The position numbers and the translations under genes were made by a program. A stretch of DNA of 64,000 bases from Chrysomallon squamiferum (lineage: Eukaryota > Animalia > Mollusca): contig CM022673.1 of the NCBI GenBank assembly GCA_012295275.1, positions 26,660,001 to 26,724,000 on the forward strand, given 5' to 3'. The notes under the pieces were generated by a model that was given only the letters and a program-made list of their open reading frames with translations, did not search any database and was not told the DNA's origin. Below are positions 29,791 through 42,181 of this stretch, one piece after another (positions within the stretch are counted from its first letter, which is position 1; each line of letters begins with the position of its first letter).

Positions 29791-30894
29791 TAGGCTTTGT
29801 TTATATATTACTCTTTGTGTGTGTGTGTGTGTTTATGGTGGGGATGATAGGGGCATTATTTATATGAGTTTGTGTGGAAGGAAACAGGTATGTGATGATT
29901 TATGGAGGGCGGAAGTTTGGTTGTATAGCAGGTACAGATATATTAGTGGTGTTTTTATTTGTATATGTGTGCAAGTTACTACTATATATATATCAAAATA
30001 AAAAACTAAATATTTTTTCTTTTTTTATAAGAAAATGTTCATTAATTATAGTTAAAGTAGAATTAAAAACAAAAATAATTTAAAAAAAATAACAGAACAG
30101 AAAAAAAAAGAAAAAAGATCCATATTGCTTTATTGTTGGTTCTAAAAAACACAATATTAAAAAAACATTTAATAAATATATTGATCGTTCTATCATAAAA
30201 AAATGATTAAATTATCGTAAATTTATTAAGCTGTCTTCATAAAATGCACAAATCTATGAAGATTAAGTTATTAATCCTGATTTTTTAGTGTATCATCATG
30301 ATTGAATAACTGCATAATGACATTTTGTATTTAATTACTTAGGATAAATGATGTAACTTTTTAATTGGGAAAAGATATCCCTTCATCAAATTTAATATTT
30401 GACACACATCCACTTACATATAGATGCATATACACACAATCCAACATGTTCATACATACATACATACATAATACTTACAAATATACATATAAAGTTAAAC
30501 AATACATATGCACAAATATATACATACATAAATATTCATACACACTCACACTTTCTCTCTCTATCTGTCTCTCTCTCTCTCACACACACAAAACCACACA
30601 CAAATTCACAAACAAAATCAGACCACACTTTTTTACCATCTAACACAAAACGCTAAAATATTAATAATAATATCTCATTAATTTTTTTTTTTTTTTTTTT
30701 ATTAATTTTTCAGAACACATCTTACACAATGCTGAGATAGTGACAAATCAGACATTCCGAAAGATTCGAGAATTCCATGACAAGGATTTAAACACGTAAA
30801 AAGAGAAAAAAAAAAAAAAAAAAAATTTAAATTTAAAAATTAAAAAAATATATTTTACATCTCTGTTCTGTGATAGACGCTGTTGACTGTCAGG

Positions 30895-31264
30895 ATGGCC
30901 AGTATAATCCGCAGAAGACGAGGCCTGCTCATCAAAATCCTTCTGACAGTTCCGCTCCTGTGGCTCATCTCCATCGTCGTATACAGCAGTCCTAACTGGA
31001 TCTCCGCCAGCCACGACGATGCTAAAGAGTTACTGTTTGTGAAACGAGAGAGACCCCTTCGCCCACCTCCAGATTCGAACGTGGTGGACGCTGACCACGG
31101 TGGTCGTGTTAAAAGTGATTCTAATGTAAATAGGGACAGCGAGGATGGTAGGATACACAATTTACACGTAGGAGAAGCGAAACCTGTGATTGACAGTGGA
31201 AGGAGGGACGACAGAGTCGTTGAAATGCAGCAAGAGAAGAGGACTTTCGATCCAAATGCTCCTG
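30895..31264 (+). CDS. GALNT: ppGalNAc-transferase (pgant9/gly-5-like) coding exon 1: cytoplasmic tail, TM anchor, stem
   Basis: MASIIRRRRGLLIKILLTVPLLWLISIVVY..FDPNAPG: basic tail plus hydrophobic helix (type II Golgi). Donor G|GTATGG at 31265; phase 1 joins exon 2 to give PGEQGKAV. Confidence 0.88.
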
Positions 31265-31273
31265 GTATGGTTT

Positions 31274-31381
<108 letters not shown>

Positions 31382-31391
31382 TATTTTTTTT

Positions 31392-31423
<32 letters not shown>

Positions 31424-31601
31424 CATCATCTTTGTAATTATTATTTTTATTATTTATGTATTTATTTATTTATTTTTAAATTCTGTTAATTTTTTGGTAA
31501 AACATTATGTATGTATACATTTTGTTTATTTATAAATTTTATTTCCATTTTATTTTAAAAATTTAATATATATATTAAATTTTAAAAATAAAATAAAAGT
31601 T

Positions 31602-31636
<35 letters not shown>

Positions 31637-31661
31637 TTATATATATGTGTGTGTATGTTTT

Positions 31662-31703
<42 letters not shown>

Positions 31704-33180
31704 TGTGCATTTTAATTTATTTTATTATTTATGTTTCGTTATTATTATTTTTGATTTCACTTGAACGTTTTTTTCACGTATCTTTTTTTTAAATTTTATT
31801 TTATTGTAAATGTTATTTATTTATACATTTTATTTTATTTTCTAAAACAACATTATAAAAAATGATTTTTATTATTTTTAAATTATTGTTTCAAAAAGCT
31901 GAGCTAATCAAACTGATCAAGACTGGATGAAGAATTTCTAAAATAAGGACATTTATAAATTAAAATGAACGTGATGTTCCTCTCATTGTGTTTATAAAAG
32001 AATTTGCCATATTTACCATTCATTAACTGGTTTTATGCTATCAAATAATTTTAGAAAATTAATAATAAAAGTTAATCTTATTTCTATAAAGTAAATCAAT
32101 TTTAAATACGAAAGTGCAGGAGCTATATATTATTTCTAAATTAAATGTTTAACTTAAAACAGAACTGTTATGGAATAAATTATTCTTTTGCTGGAAAGCT
32201 AATAGTATTTAATGGAATTAATGTTATTTTTATATAAAGAAAATAACAGTAAATATAATGAAAAGAAAACAAGAGCTTACATTTAAGGTATATATAAACA
32301 ACCCATATAAAATTCTACAATATATTAAAAATATTGGATATTTCTGAACTGAATGAGTATGTTTGATAATTTATATAATCTCAGAATATTTCTAAAGAAA
32401 ATAATAACAGCAAAAACAACTACAACAACAATAATAATAACAAATTAAAAGAATAATGAATACTTCTAAAATGTTTTCAGATAATAAAATTAAATATTAC
32501 ATTGAAAAAATATCAAATTGTATTTTACATGTTATAAAGATCTGATTTATTCTTATATAAATATCAAAATAATGTTAATAAACTGGAACACACACACATA
32601 CACACAGACACACGCACAACATTTCATGACATTGAAAAAAAACAATCAAATATAAATAAAATGTGTCTAAATCATCTGACATTTAAGATTTTTAAAAATA
32701 CTTGATTAATACTTTATAAATAAAATCAGGTAAGACGTAACATTTTGTTAATGTTTCCAGATTTTGACATCAATCATACTTCGACTACTATTGTTTTTCA
32801 CAACACTTAAGTGTTATCGTCATGACAACTGGGCCCATGTGGGTCTCTCATTTGGATAATTTCATTATGTTCACCCCCCCAGGAGTAACAACTGCCTGCA
32901 TGCTAATACACACACACACACATGCATACATGCTAACACATAAACACACAGGCACATGCACACACACCTATATACACACAAATACGTATAGGCAAGCACA
33001 TACTCATATGCAAACAATACAACAGAATTATAGTAAAGTATATGTTAAGAAAACAAAGCCTGAATATGGAGAGACTATCACATGTAGCTCTAAACACAAT
33101 ACACACCATAAACTGTCTTAAGTGCCTATATATCTATATCTATAATCTACATCTGTCTATCTATCTATCTATCTATCTAT

Positions 33181-33226
<46 letters not shown>

Positions 33227-33327
33227 CAGTTAGTTTTTTCCATATACAACCATTCAACATTTATACTAATACATGAACACACACTGGACATACATACACC
33301 AGTATTCATTGTCTACATTTCCCCCCT

Positions 33328-33364
<37 letters not shown>

Positions 33365-33742
33365 GTGTATACTGTTATTATCCAGAGTTACTCATGTTTT
33401 ATATATATTTTATTTTGTTATTTTTCTTTATCTTTTCATTTTCTGCTGTTTCATTCTATAAACAACTTATTTCACACACACACACATGCACACACCACAA
33501 AAATATAGAATACACATATATGTACATAACCCAACACAGACATACAAACACACACATACACACACACACCCAAATAGCACACACTTACATATTCACACAC
33601 ACACACACACACATGTATTTCTATACCTTTATAACATTTCTTTCGGCATTTATTTTCTTTCCTTTTTTTTTTTTTTGAATTTTTTTTTGTTGAAACGGAG
33701 TAAATACTAAAATGCAGATTTATGCACTCGCACTTGTTTCAG

Positions 33743-33896
33743 GTGAGCAGGGAAAAGCTGTGATAATAAACAAAGATTCACTTTCTCCGGAAGAAAGGAA
33801 AAAATACGACTTGGGTTGGCAGAACAATGCTTACAACCAATACATCAGCGACATGATCTCACTTCACCGCAGTTTGCCAGATGTCAGAGACAAGGA
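33743..33896 (+). CDS. GALNT: ppGalNAc-T exon 2
   Basis: TTTCAG| GEQGKAVIINK..NNAYNQYISDMISLHRSLPDVRDK(E) |GTAAGT; canonical GALNT 'SD.ISLHRSLPD.R' motif. Confidence 0.95.
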
Positions 33897-33959
33897 GTAA
33901 GTTGTTGTTGTTGTTTTATCATTCAGATCCTTAAAAAATAACGAAAAAAAGAAAAAATA

Positions 33960-34330
33960 AATAAAATTTAAATTTAAAATGTATGGAAATATCTTGAATG
34001 TTACGTTAGTTTGAAAATATGAGAGTGTGTCACAAATTACTTTTTTTTTTTTTTTTTACATAAAAATTCTAAAAACTAATGGGAAGAAGAATAAAATATA
34101 GAAATTTAAGTTATGTAGAAATATCAAGCTGCTTGAATCTTACTGATTAAAAAAGTATTTAGGTTAGTTTCAAAATATGAGTGTTCTGTGTATTATGTTT
34201 TGCACGAAATTCTAAAAACTAGCTAGAAATAAATAAATAAATAAATAATTTAATTTAAGTTATGTGGAAATATCAAGCTGCTTGAATCTGACTGATGTTA
34301 AAAATATTAGGTTTATTTACAAATGTCATG
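33960..34330. repeat. Degenerate intronic tandem duplication (~150-bp unit)
   Basis: AAATTCTAAAAACTA..AATTTAAGTTATGT.GAAATATCAAGCTGCTTGAATCT.ACTGAT occurs twice, with partial copies nearby. Confidence 0.7.
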
Positions 34331-35160
34331 ATTCACAGTATTAAAAGTTCCAGTGCTTGTTGTTGTTTTTTTTATGTCCTGAAATCACAGCATTAAAGTC
34401 CAAGAAAGAGAAGAAAAAAAGAACATAATGTTAAATGAACATTTTCACATCTTTTTGGTTCAAATATGTTAGGACTCTTTAAGTTTTAAGAGTAAAGATT
34501 TTCTTTTTCTCTTCAATTTTTTATTTATATTTTTTTTTTTTTTTTTTTTTTTTAATCTAAATGACAGCATCAAAATCTTAAAATCTAAGCAATAAAAAAA
34601 TAAAAATAATAAATAACAGTATTAAATATAACTAGCTTAGAAATATCAAGGACTTGCTTATTGATGAAAAATATTAGGGCTAAGTATTTCTATTAAAACT
34701 AAGGGTCCTGCTTTTTTTTTTTTTTTTTTTTTTTATTGTCATTTTTATTTATTTATTTATTTTTATTTAAATGACACTAAGGCTAAGTAATAAAGAGAAA
34801 TAATAATGTTAAATGTAGCTAGTTTAGAAATATCAAGAAGTCAAAAAGCTATCTGATTTATGAATATTAGGCATGAGAATGGCTTTGGAGAGTGAGATTC
34901 TTAACAAGATAAGGAGAATATTGAATTTAAAAAAATACTTGTTCACACATTATTGGCTTGGGATTAAATTACATACAAAAATGTTAATACAATATAAAAA
35001 AAATTAATAAAAATTGTAAAAAAAAAAAATGATTAAATTTAAAATTTTTGAAGAACATTTGGATATAAAATGTAATGTAAAATCTAAAGTTGATAAAAAA
35101 AAAGTCAACATAAAAAGATTAATAAAAGAAAGCATTCATTTAAAATGTAAACAAGATCTT

Positions 35161-35195
<35 letters not shown>

Positions 35196-35609
35196 GAGAT
35201 TTTGTATTTTGGAATTTGGATCATTTTTCTGAACACAATTTGAATAAAAAATGTTTTAAAAAAATCTTTATTTTGTTATATACTTGTATTTTATTTCTTT
35301 TATTATTATTTTTGTGTGTAAAGAGGTTTGCTGTAAGATTATACAACTAGAAGGACTGTAAAGATACAGTAGTTGTGCACACACATGAAATATAGTTTTT
35401 TAAATAATAAATGAACCAGACAGAGACATGGGCCATTAAAATCAAAACTTGTAACCGAGATACGAGGAAAATGAGAAGATTGCTGCAGTTATCATATTTT
35501 ATAAAATATTCTCAGTTTCAGAAAATCATTTAAATTTCACATATTTTATCTCATTTATGTCAATTTGTACTACTGTGTTTTCCAAGGATAATAAAGAATT
35601 CAAGTAAAA

Positions 35610-36290
35610 AACGTATATGATACAGAATATAAATAATAATAAATAATGTAATAATATAGAATACAAGTAATAAAATATATGATACAGAATACAACTAATA
35701 AAATATGATGTAATATAGAATACAACTAATAAAATATTTATAATGCAGAATACAAGTAATAATATATATGATACAGAATACAACTAATAAAATATTTGTA
35801 AATGCAGAATACAACTAATAAAATATGATGTCATACAGAATACAACTAATAAAATATTTGTAAATGCAGAATACAAGTAATAAAATATGATGTGATACAG
35901 AATACAAATAATAATATATGATATAATACAGAATACAAGTAATAATATATGATATAATACAGAATACAAGTAATAAAATATGATGTAATACAGAATACAA
36001 GTAATAATACATGATGTAATACAGATTACAAGTAATAATATATGTTATAATACAGAATACAAGTAATACATGATATAATACAGAATACAAGTAATAAAAT
36101 ATGATGTAATACAGAATACAAGTAATAAAATATGATGTAATACAGAATACAAGTAATAATACATGATATAATACAGAATACAAGTAATAAAATATGATGT
36201 AATACAGAATACAAATAATAATATATGATGTGATACAGAATACAAATACATTATGATGTGATAATGAACACAAGTAATAACATATGGTTA
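35610..36290. repeat. 31-bp intronic minisatellite, ~22 copies
   Basis: Unit AATACAGAATACAAGTAATAAAATATGATGT; ends ~45 nt before the exon 3 acceptor. Confidence 0.93.
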
Positions 36291-36336
36291 TAAATAGTAA
36301 AAGTAATATATAAAATCTTTTTCTTGTTTATTTCAG

Positions 36337-36503
36337 ATGTAAGGATGAGAAGTACAGAGAGAAGCTTCCTGATACGAGTGTTGTTGTGTGTTTTCACAAC
36401 GAGGCTTGGACTGTGTTACTGAGAACAGTTCATTCCATCATTGACAAATCACCACCCTCCTTACTCAGAGAAATCATCTTAGTAGACGATTTCTCAGACA
36501 TGG
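36337..36503 (+). CDS. GALNT: ppGalNAc-T exon 3 (start of GT2/GT-A catalytic domain)
   Basis: TTTCAG|[57 protein letters not shown]|GTACG; FHNEAW and [10 protein letters not shown] motifs. Not in the ORF track. Confidence 0.97.
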
Positions 36504-37668
36504 GTACGATTTTCTGTATTTATCTGTAAATAGGGTGCTTTTTATATATATTATTTTTTAGTAATAAATTCTGCAGGGATACAAGTTTTCTTTAAATAAC
36601 ATAACACAGTTATTCAGTCATTCAAGATATTTGTTTATTTGTCTAGATTTAAACAACCAGTGATTTTCCAAACAAACTGAAAAATTCAGCTTTTATAGAA
36701 TAATCCAACAGTCTATAATTTTACATTGGTTCATTTTTCTTCTACATTTTCTTCTTCTTAAAAAAAAAAAAAAAAAAATTTTTTTTAATAATAATAATAG
36801 AAAGATGGGTAAACAAAATGGCCCCTCAAAAATGATTGATGATAATTTTGGTGGCAGTTTAGTTCAGATGAAGGTCAGAGAAATGATATTAAGTTTGCTG
36901 GTTTGATACCTGTAAGGATCTGAGCTCAGTTAAAACATCCATATCTTGGAAACATGTTTCATAATCTTGTTTTTTCCTTGCTGGTTCAGATAAGAAACAG
37001 AATACAATGAAAATAATTTTATCTTCAAGAATGTTATTAACCTTAACAAGCCTCTGTAACATACAATACAGAAATGACTGAATGCATATTCTTTATGACT
37101 TTCAGCAAACTTTATAATTTTTTATGTAATAATGTATGACAAAGTAAAGCCAATGTTTGCCATTATGGGCTACTTACTGTTTATGGTTTATGACAGCAAA
37201 GAATTTCTTTAAGGACATTCATATTGACAACAAATCTTTATCACATCTTTTAATAAACTAAACAGGGAATTCTTGCCTGAAAAATAAGTTGGTTAATGAA
37301 TGCACCAAGGAGAGTTGATCTAACGACTTATCATGCCTCGGGCAGTTTTGTAAATCACCAAGATACAGCCTTCTCCATTATGTAGAAAGAGTGGAACCAG
37401 AGAATTACAGATTTTATAGTTATAAGTTTTTATATAATATTATTATAATTATTATTATCATTAAAAGATAACCTAGCCAGAGCTGCAAATTGTTATCATT
37501 CTCATATTTGGCATCAAGGGAAACTTGATATGAACCCTCTATAACTGGCAGCAGATTTGTATGTAAAATATCTTTTTCATTAAACTAATCAATGAATCAT
37601 GGCTGGATTGTGAAATAATCTGTCGAGTGTCTATTGATTGGGTTTGATCCTGTGTCTCGTTACATCTG

Positions 37669-37727
<59 letters not shown>

Positions 37728-38216
37728 AATCACCAAGCTGCAGCCTGCTGTATTGTTGTGCATTAAACAGCAAAACCTGGAGTGTTTTAGTCTGTTTCTG
37801 AAGAAGGGGGAGAGATTCTGATACGAAGATAAGTACATATTGATTGAGAACGGGTGAAACTGTTGAAGAGAAAATCATCTTCAAAGTGGTGGCTATCAGA
37901 TACCTTCAGAGAGAAGCTGGATGACAAATTGCCAAGTGATCGCGTTGTGGTAAAAGATTCAATAATGTTAAGAATCAGAGGCTGGCCTTGCAACGACAGA
38001 GATTTTGTTTTTCACAAGGACCCACAGTACACAATTCGATGATCGGTTGTGTAAAAAACCGAGATACATTTTGGAGGCTTGCACACATCCAGTGAAAATT
38101 TTTATAATGGTTTAACAGTGTATTGTGGAAAGAAAGAAAGAAAACACATCCACAAAAACAAAATGAAAATAGAATGAAGACAGTATATCAAAACTATTCT
38201 TTAATTTTAAAACAAA

Positions 38217-39420
38217 ACTTATATTAGAATATTGTGTTTTATTTTAGATCATCTTAAGAAACCTCTAGAAGACTATGTAGCAAGACTTATATTAGAATAT
38301 TGTGTTTTATTTTAGATCATCTTAAAAAACTTCTAGAAGACTATATAACAAAGCTTATATTAGAATATTGTGTGTTTTATTTTAGATCATCTTAAGAAAC
38401 CTTTAGAAGACTATATTAGAATATTGTGTTTTATTTTAGATCATCTTAAGAAACCTCTATAACAAGACTTATATTAGAATATTGTGGTTTATTTTAGATC
38501 ATCTTAAGAAACCTCTATAACAAGACTTATATTAGAATATTGTGTTTTATTTTAGATCATCTTAAGAAACCTCTAGAAGACTATATAACAAGACTTATAT
38601 TAGAATATTGTGTTTTATTTTAGATCATCTTAAGAAACCTCTAGAAGACTATATAACAAGACTTATATTAGAATATTGTGTTTTATTTTTAGATCATCTT
38701 AAGAAACCTCTAGAAGACTATATAACAAGACTTATATTAGAATATTGTGTTTTATTTTAGATCATCTTAAGAAACCTCTAGAAGACTATATAACAAGACT
38801 TATATTAGAATATTGTGTTTTATTTTAGATCATCTTAAGAAACCTCTATAACAAGACTTATATTAGAATATTGTGGTTTATTTTAGATCATCTTAAGAAA
38901 CCTCTAGAAGACTATATAACAAGACTTATATTAGAATACTGTGTTTTATTTTAGATCATCTTAAGAAACCTCTAGAAGACTACATAACAAGACTTATATT
39001 AGAATATTGTGTTTTATTTTAGAACATCTTAAGAAACCTCTAGAAGACTACATAACAAGACTTATAGTAGAATATTGTGTTTTATTTTAGACCATCTTAA
39101 GAAACCTCTAGAAGACTACATAACAAGACTTATATTAGAATATTGTGTTTTATTTTAGAGCATCTTAAGAAACCTCTAGAAGACTATATAACAAGACTTA
39201 TATTAGAATATTGTGTTCTAGAAGACTATATAACAAGAATATTAGAAAATTTTTAGACCAAATTAGAAGACTATATAACAAGACTTATATTAGAATTTGT
39301 GTTTTATTTTAAACCATCTTGAAACCTCTAGAAGACTATTAACAACTTATATTAGAAATTGTGTTACCATCTTTTTTAATATTAACAAGATTTATTAGCA
39401 TTTGTTTTATTTTAGACCAG
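38217..39420 (+). repeat. 68-bp tandem array of the exon 4 splice acceptor plus the first ~12 codons (15 clean and ~3 degraded copies)
   Basis: Unit ACTTATATTAGAATATTGTGTTTTATTTTAG|ATCATCTTAAGAAACCTCTAGAAGACTATATAACAAG. Phase 1 from exon 3 gives DHLKKPLEDY(V/I)(A/T)RL, the expected GALNT continuation. Confidence 0.93.
38248..38288 (+). CDS. GALNT: ppGalNAc-T exon 4, 5' fragment only (remainder with REGLIRAR and the DxH motif not found in the window)
   Basis: G|AT CAT CTT AAG AAA CCT CTA GAA GAC TAT GTA GCA AGA CTT = DHLKKPLEDYVARL. Which copy is the functional acceptor cannot be determined. Confidence 0.6.
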
Positions 39421-39713
39421 TTTCAGTTAATAAGATTTATTTATTTATTTATTTATTTGTAATCAGCTACTTGTATTTTAACAACAGATGTTTTTTTTTA
39501 GATCATTTATAAAGCAAATTTCTCTGATTATAAATAAGACTTATCTATAAACTTGTTTTATTCAGTTTTTGTTTCTTATTCAATAAAATAAATTATTTGT
39601 TTTTTTTTCAACCAAATTAAATTTGTGTTTCCCTCTTACTTTACATTTACATGCACTATTTCATATACACTAAACCAGCATTCAGTTTTAATTCCCTATT
39701 TGTTTGTTTTCAG

Positions 39714-39863
39714 GTTGGCTGGAGCCTCTGCTAGATCGCATAGCTCTGAATGAAAGTATTGTAGTGTGTCCAGTGATTGACGATGTTTGAAATGTTGTTC
39801 AAGTACCAAGCAAAATGTTAAATACAAATTGTTAATGTTTCGACTGGAACCTGCAGTTCACCT
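39714..39863 (+). CDS. GALNT: ppGalNAc-T exon 5, partly scrambled
   Basis: TTTTCAG|GT TGG..: GWLEPLLDRIALNESIVVCPVID, then a TGA and garbled sequence, then FDWNLQFT at 39839 in the same frame. The 3' end (..PVR donor) is seen only in the array at 40030-40470. Confidence 0.8.
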
Positions 39864-40029
39864 TTAACAGCATTAAAAAGTTACCTTGTTTTAATGTTGA
39901 AGATTGCAAGACTTTATTTCAGTTTCAGGTTTATCCATTTATTTAGTTTAATTTGAAATCAGCTATATATATTTTAGAAAAACATATTTTTATCTAGATC
40001 ATTTATGAAGTATAATTTGACAAATTATA

Positions 40030-40470
40030 AATCCAGTCAGGTCTAAAAACTCATTTATTCAATAGTTGTTTATTATTGACAAAAAATAAATTATTTATTT
40101 AGAAAAACTCCAACGTTAGTTTAACTTTGACAAAGACATACATCCCAGTCAGGTACAAAAACTCCACACGTTAGTTTAACATTGACAAAGACATACTTCC
40201 AGTCAGGTAGAAAAACATCACACGTTAGATTATAGTGTACATTGACAAAGACATACTTCCAGTCAGGTAGAAAAACTCCACACGTTAGTTTAACATTGAC
40301 AAAGACATACTTCCAGTCAGGTAGAAAAACTCCACACGTTAGTTTAACATTGACAAAGACATACTTCCAGTCAGGTAGAAAAACTCCACACGTTAGTTTA
40401 ACATTGACAAAGACATACTTCCAGTCAGGTAGAAAAACTCCACATGTTAGTTTAAAGTGTACATTGACAA
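40030..40470 (+). repeat. 54-bp tandem array of an exon 3' end plus splice donor (6 clean copies, 1-2 degraded)
   Basis: Unit TTGACAAAGACATACTTCCAGTCAG|GTAGAAAAACTCCACACGTTAGTTTAACA. Donors at 40153, 40207, 40267, 40321, 40375, 40429. CCA GTC AG + G ACA CCA ACA ATG of the next exon gives PVRTPTM. Confidence 0.85.
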
Positions 40471-42115
40471 TCTCTTTATACTTCCAAGTTGTTACTTTTT
40501 TTTGTTTTAGATGGCCAACCATTGTTTATCAAGTATGATAATAAAATATAATACTGTTACATAATATCTTAGGAATGATGACATTTTATTCTTTTGTAAC
40601 TTGGGTTGCTTCTGTCAGTACTTGTATGGCTTATTGATAGTTGTTTTTGTTTGGGGTTTTTTGTGTGTTTTTTTTTTGATCAAGCTAAAAGATGCTTAAG
40701 AGTAAGTCAGTGCAGCATGATGACATCATAGTTACTGTCAAATATGGAAGTCTTTAAATTGTTTTCTTCAATTCATTAATGATTACAATTGGATGCCAAC
40801 CAGTCCACAAAAACAAAAAAAATAAAATAAAATAAAATAAAAAACAATCTAACTTGGAATCATGCAGACCGTATTTAGTGTATTTCTGCCACTGTTACAC
40901 TGTCACTAATTGACTTGATTCTATTGATAACCATCCATGTCCTGGGTGGTCTCTGTCAGACTGAACCGGTCAGTGAGTGTGTTATTTTTAAAACATTCTC
41001 AACGACAGGCACCGAGTCAGCCTGAGAGACTTTGGCTGCTTGTTTCTTCAAAGCCTGTTACTCAGATTTTACCAGAACGTATCACTTCTGTTCTTGTCTA
41101 AATATCAAGAATTAAATCTTGTTTGTACATCTCTGTTATAAAGAGATCTCCTGTTAGTCTTTCAAATGTCTAAAAATACCCCCCACCAAAACAAAAAATC
41201 CCCTTTTATTATCTGCTTCATATTTTTCGTACTGAAAAGTCTTGTTCTGTAAATACAAAGACAGTAGTAATTGTGTATGGTTGTTGTAATTTGCTTTTCT
41301 CTAATTTTGTTGATCAGTCATGATGGCATGGATAACGTATTGAAGTTTTTTACTGTTGTCGGCTAATTTGTTTTATTTGCAAATCGTTTGTGTGTGATTT
41401 TGATGACTCAGATCTCCCTGTTCAAGTTTAAATTACATGTAGTTGAATAATGTATTGATTTCATTAGGTGGTAAAATGTGCAGTCCAAAAAATAAATAAA
41501 TAAATAAATAAACTAAATAAAACAAATAATGAAAATAATAACAATAAAGTGTAAATTCAAATAGTTCAGTTTCTTTGTGCGTTTAACACAACAAAAAATA
41601 AATTAAAAAAATGAAAATAAATAAATTAATAAAATAAAATGAAATGAAATGAAAAATAATTTAAAAAAATTTAATAAAATAAAATTTAAAATAAATAGAA
41701 AAAAATATAATAAATCAATACATAACAAACCTATTTTACTAAATTCTGTTATGTACAATTGTTTTATATAAAACATCTGTGCATTTTTCTTTTTGCTGTA
41801 TTTGTTTCAAATTGAAAAGCTAAAATAACCAATACCTGTTAAAAACAATTTGTTAAACCTGTTTTGTATTATAGCAGTGTCTACATATTTGACATAACCC
41901 TACACAATGAAATCAGCTTCACACAAACATGTATTATAAAATTATTTCATACCTTCACAAACACAGCGCCATCCTTTTTTGTTTTTTGTTTTGTTTACAT
42001 ATGTGTTGTGCAAATTGTTTCACCAAGCACATGTAAGATTTATCAGCACAGAATACTAAATACACACTGACATACACACATACACTGTCTGTCTCTCTCT
42101 ATCTCTCTCTCTCTC

Positions 42116-42181
<66 letters not shown>

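Noticed and set aside
35526-36273. Hydrophobic Tyr/Ile-rich minus-strand ORFs
   Set aside because: Translation of the 31-bp AT-rich minisatellite.
36851-36915. Possible tRNA gene
   Set aside because: Only degenerate A/B-box-like words and no cloverleaf; at most a SINE head.
37854-38042. ORF with REKL..VVV resembling exon 3, as a possible mutually exclusive exon
   Set aside because: Lacks FHNEAW and VDD motifs and compatible splice sites; the similarity is limited to 12 nt.
40121-40538. ORFs with 18-aa repeats (LTCGVFLPDWKYVFVNVK; TKTYFQSGRKTPHVSLTL)
   Set aside because: By-products of the 54-bp donor array; the GALNT frame is a different one and contains stops.
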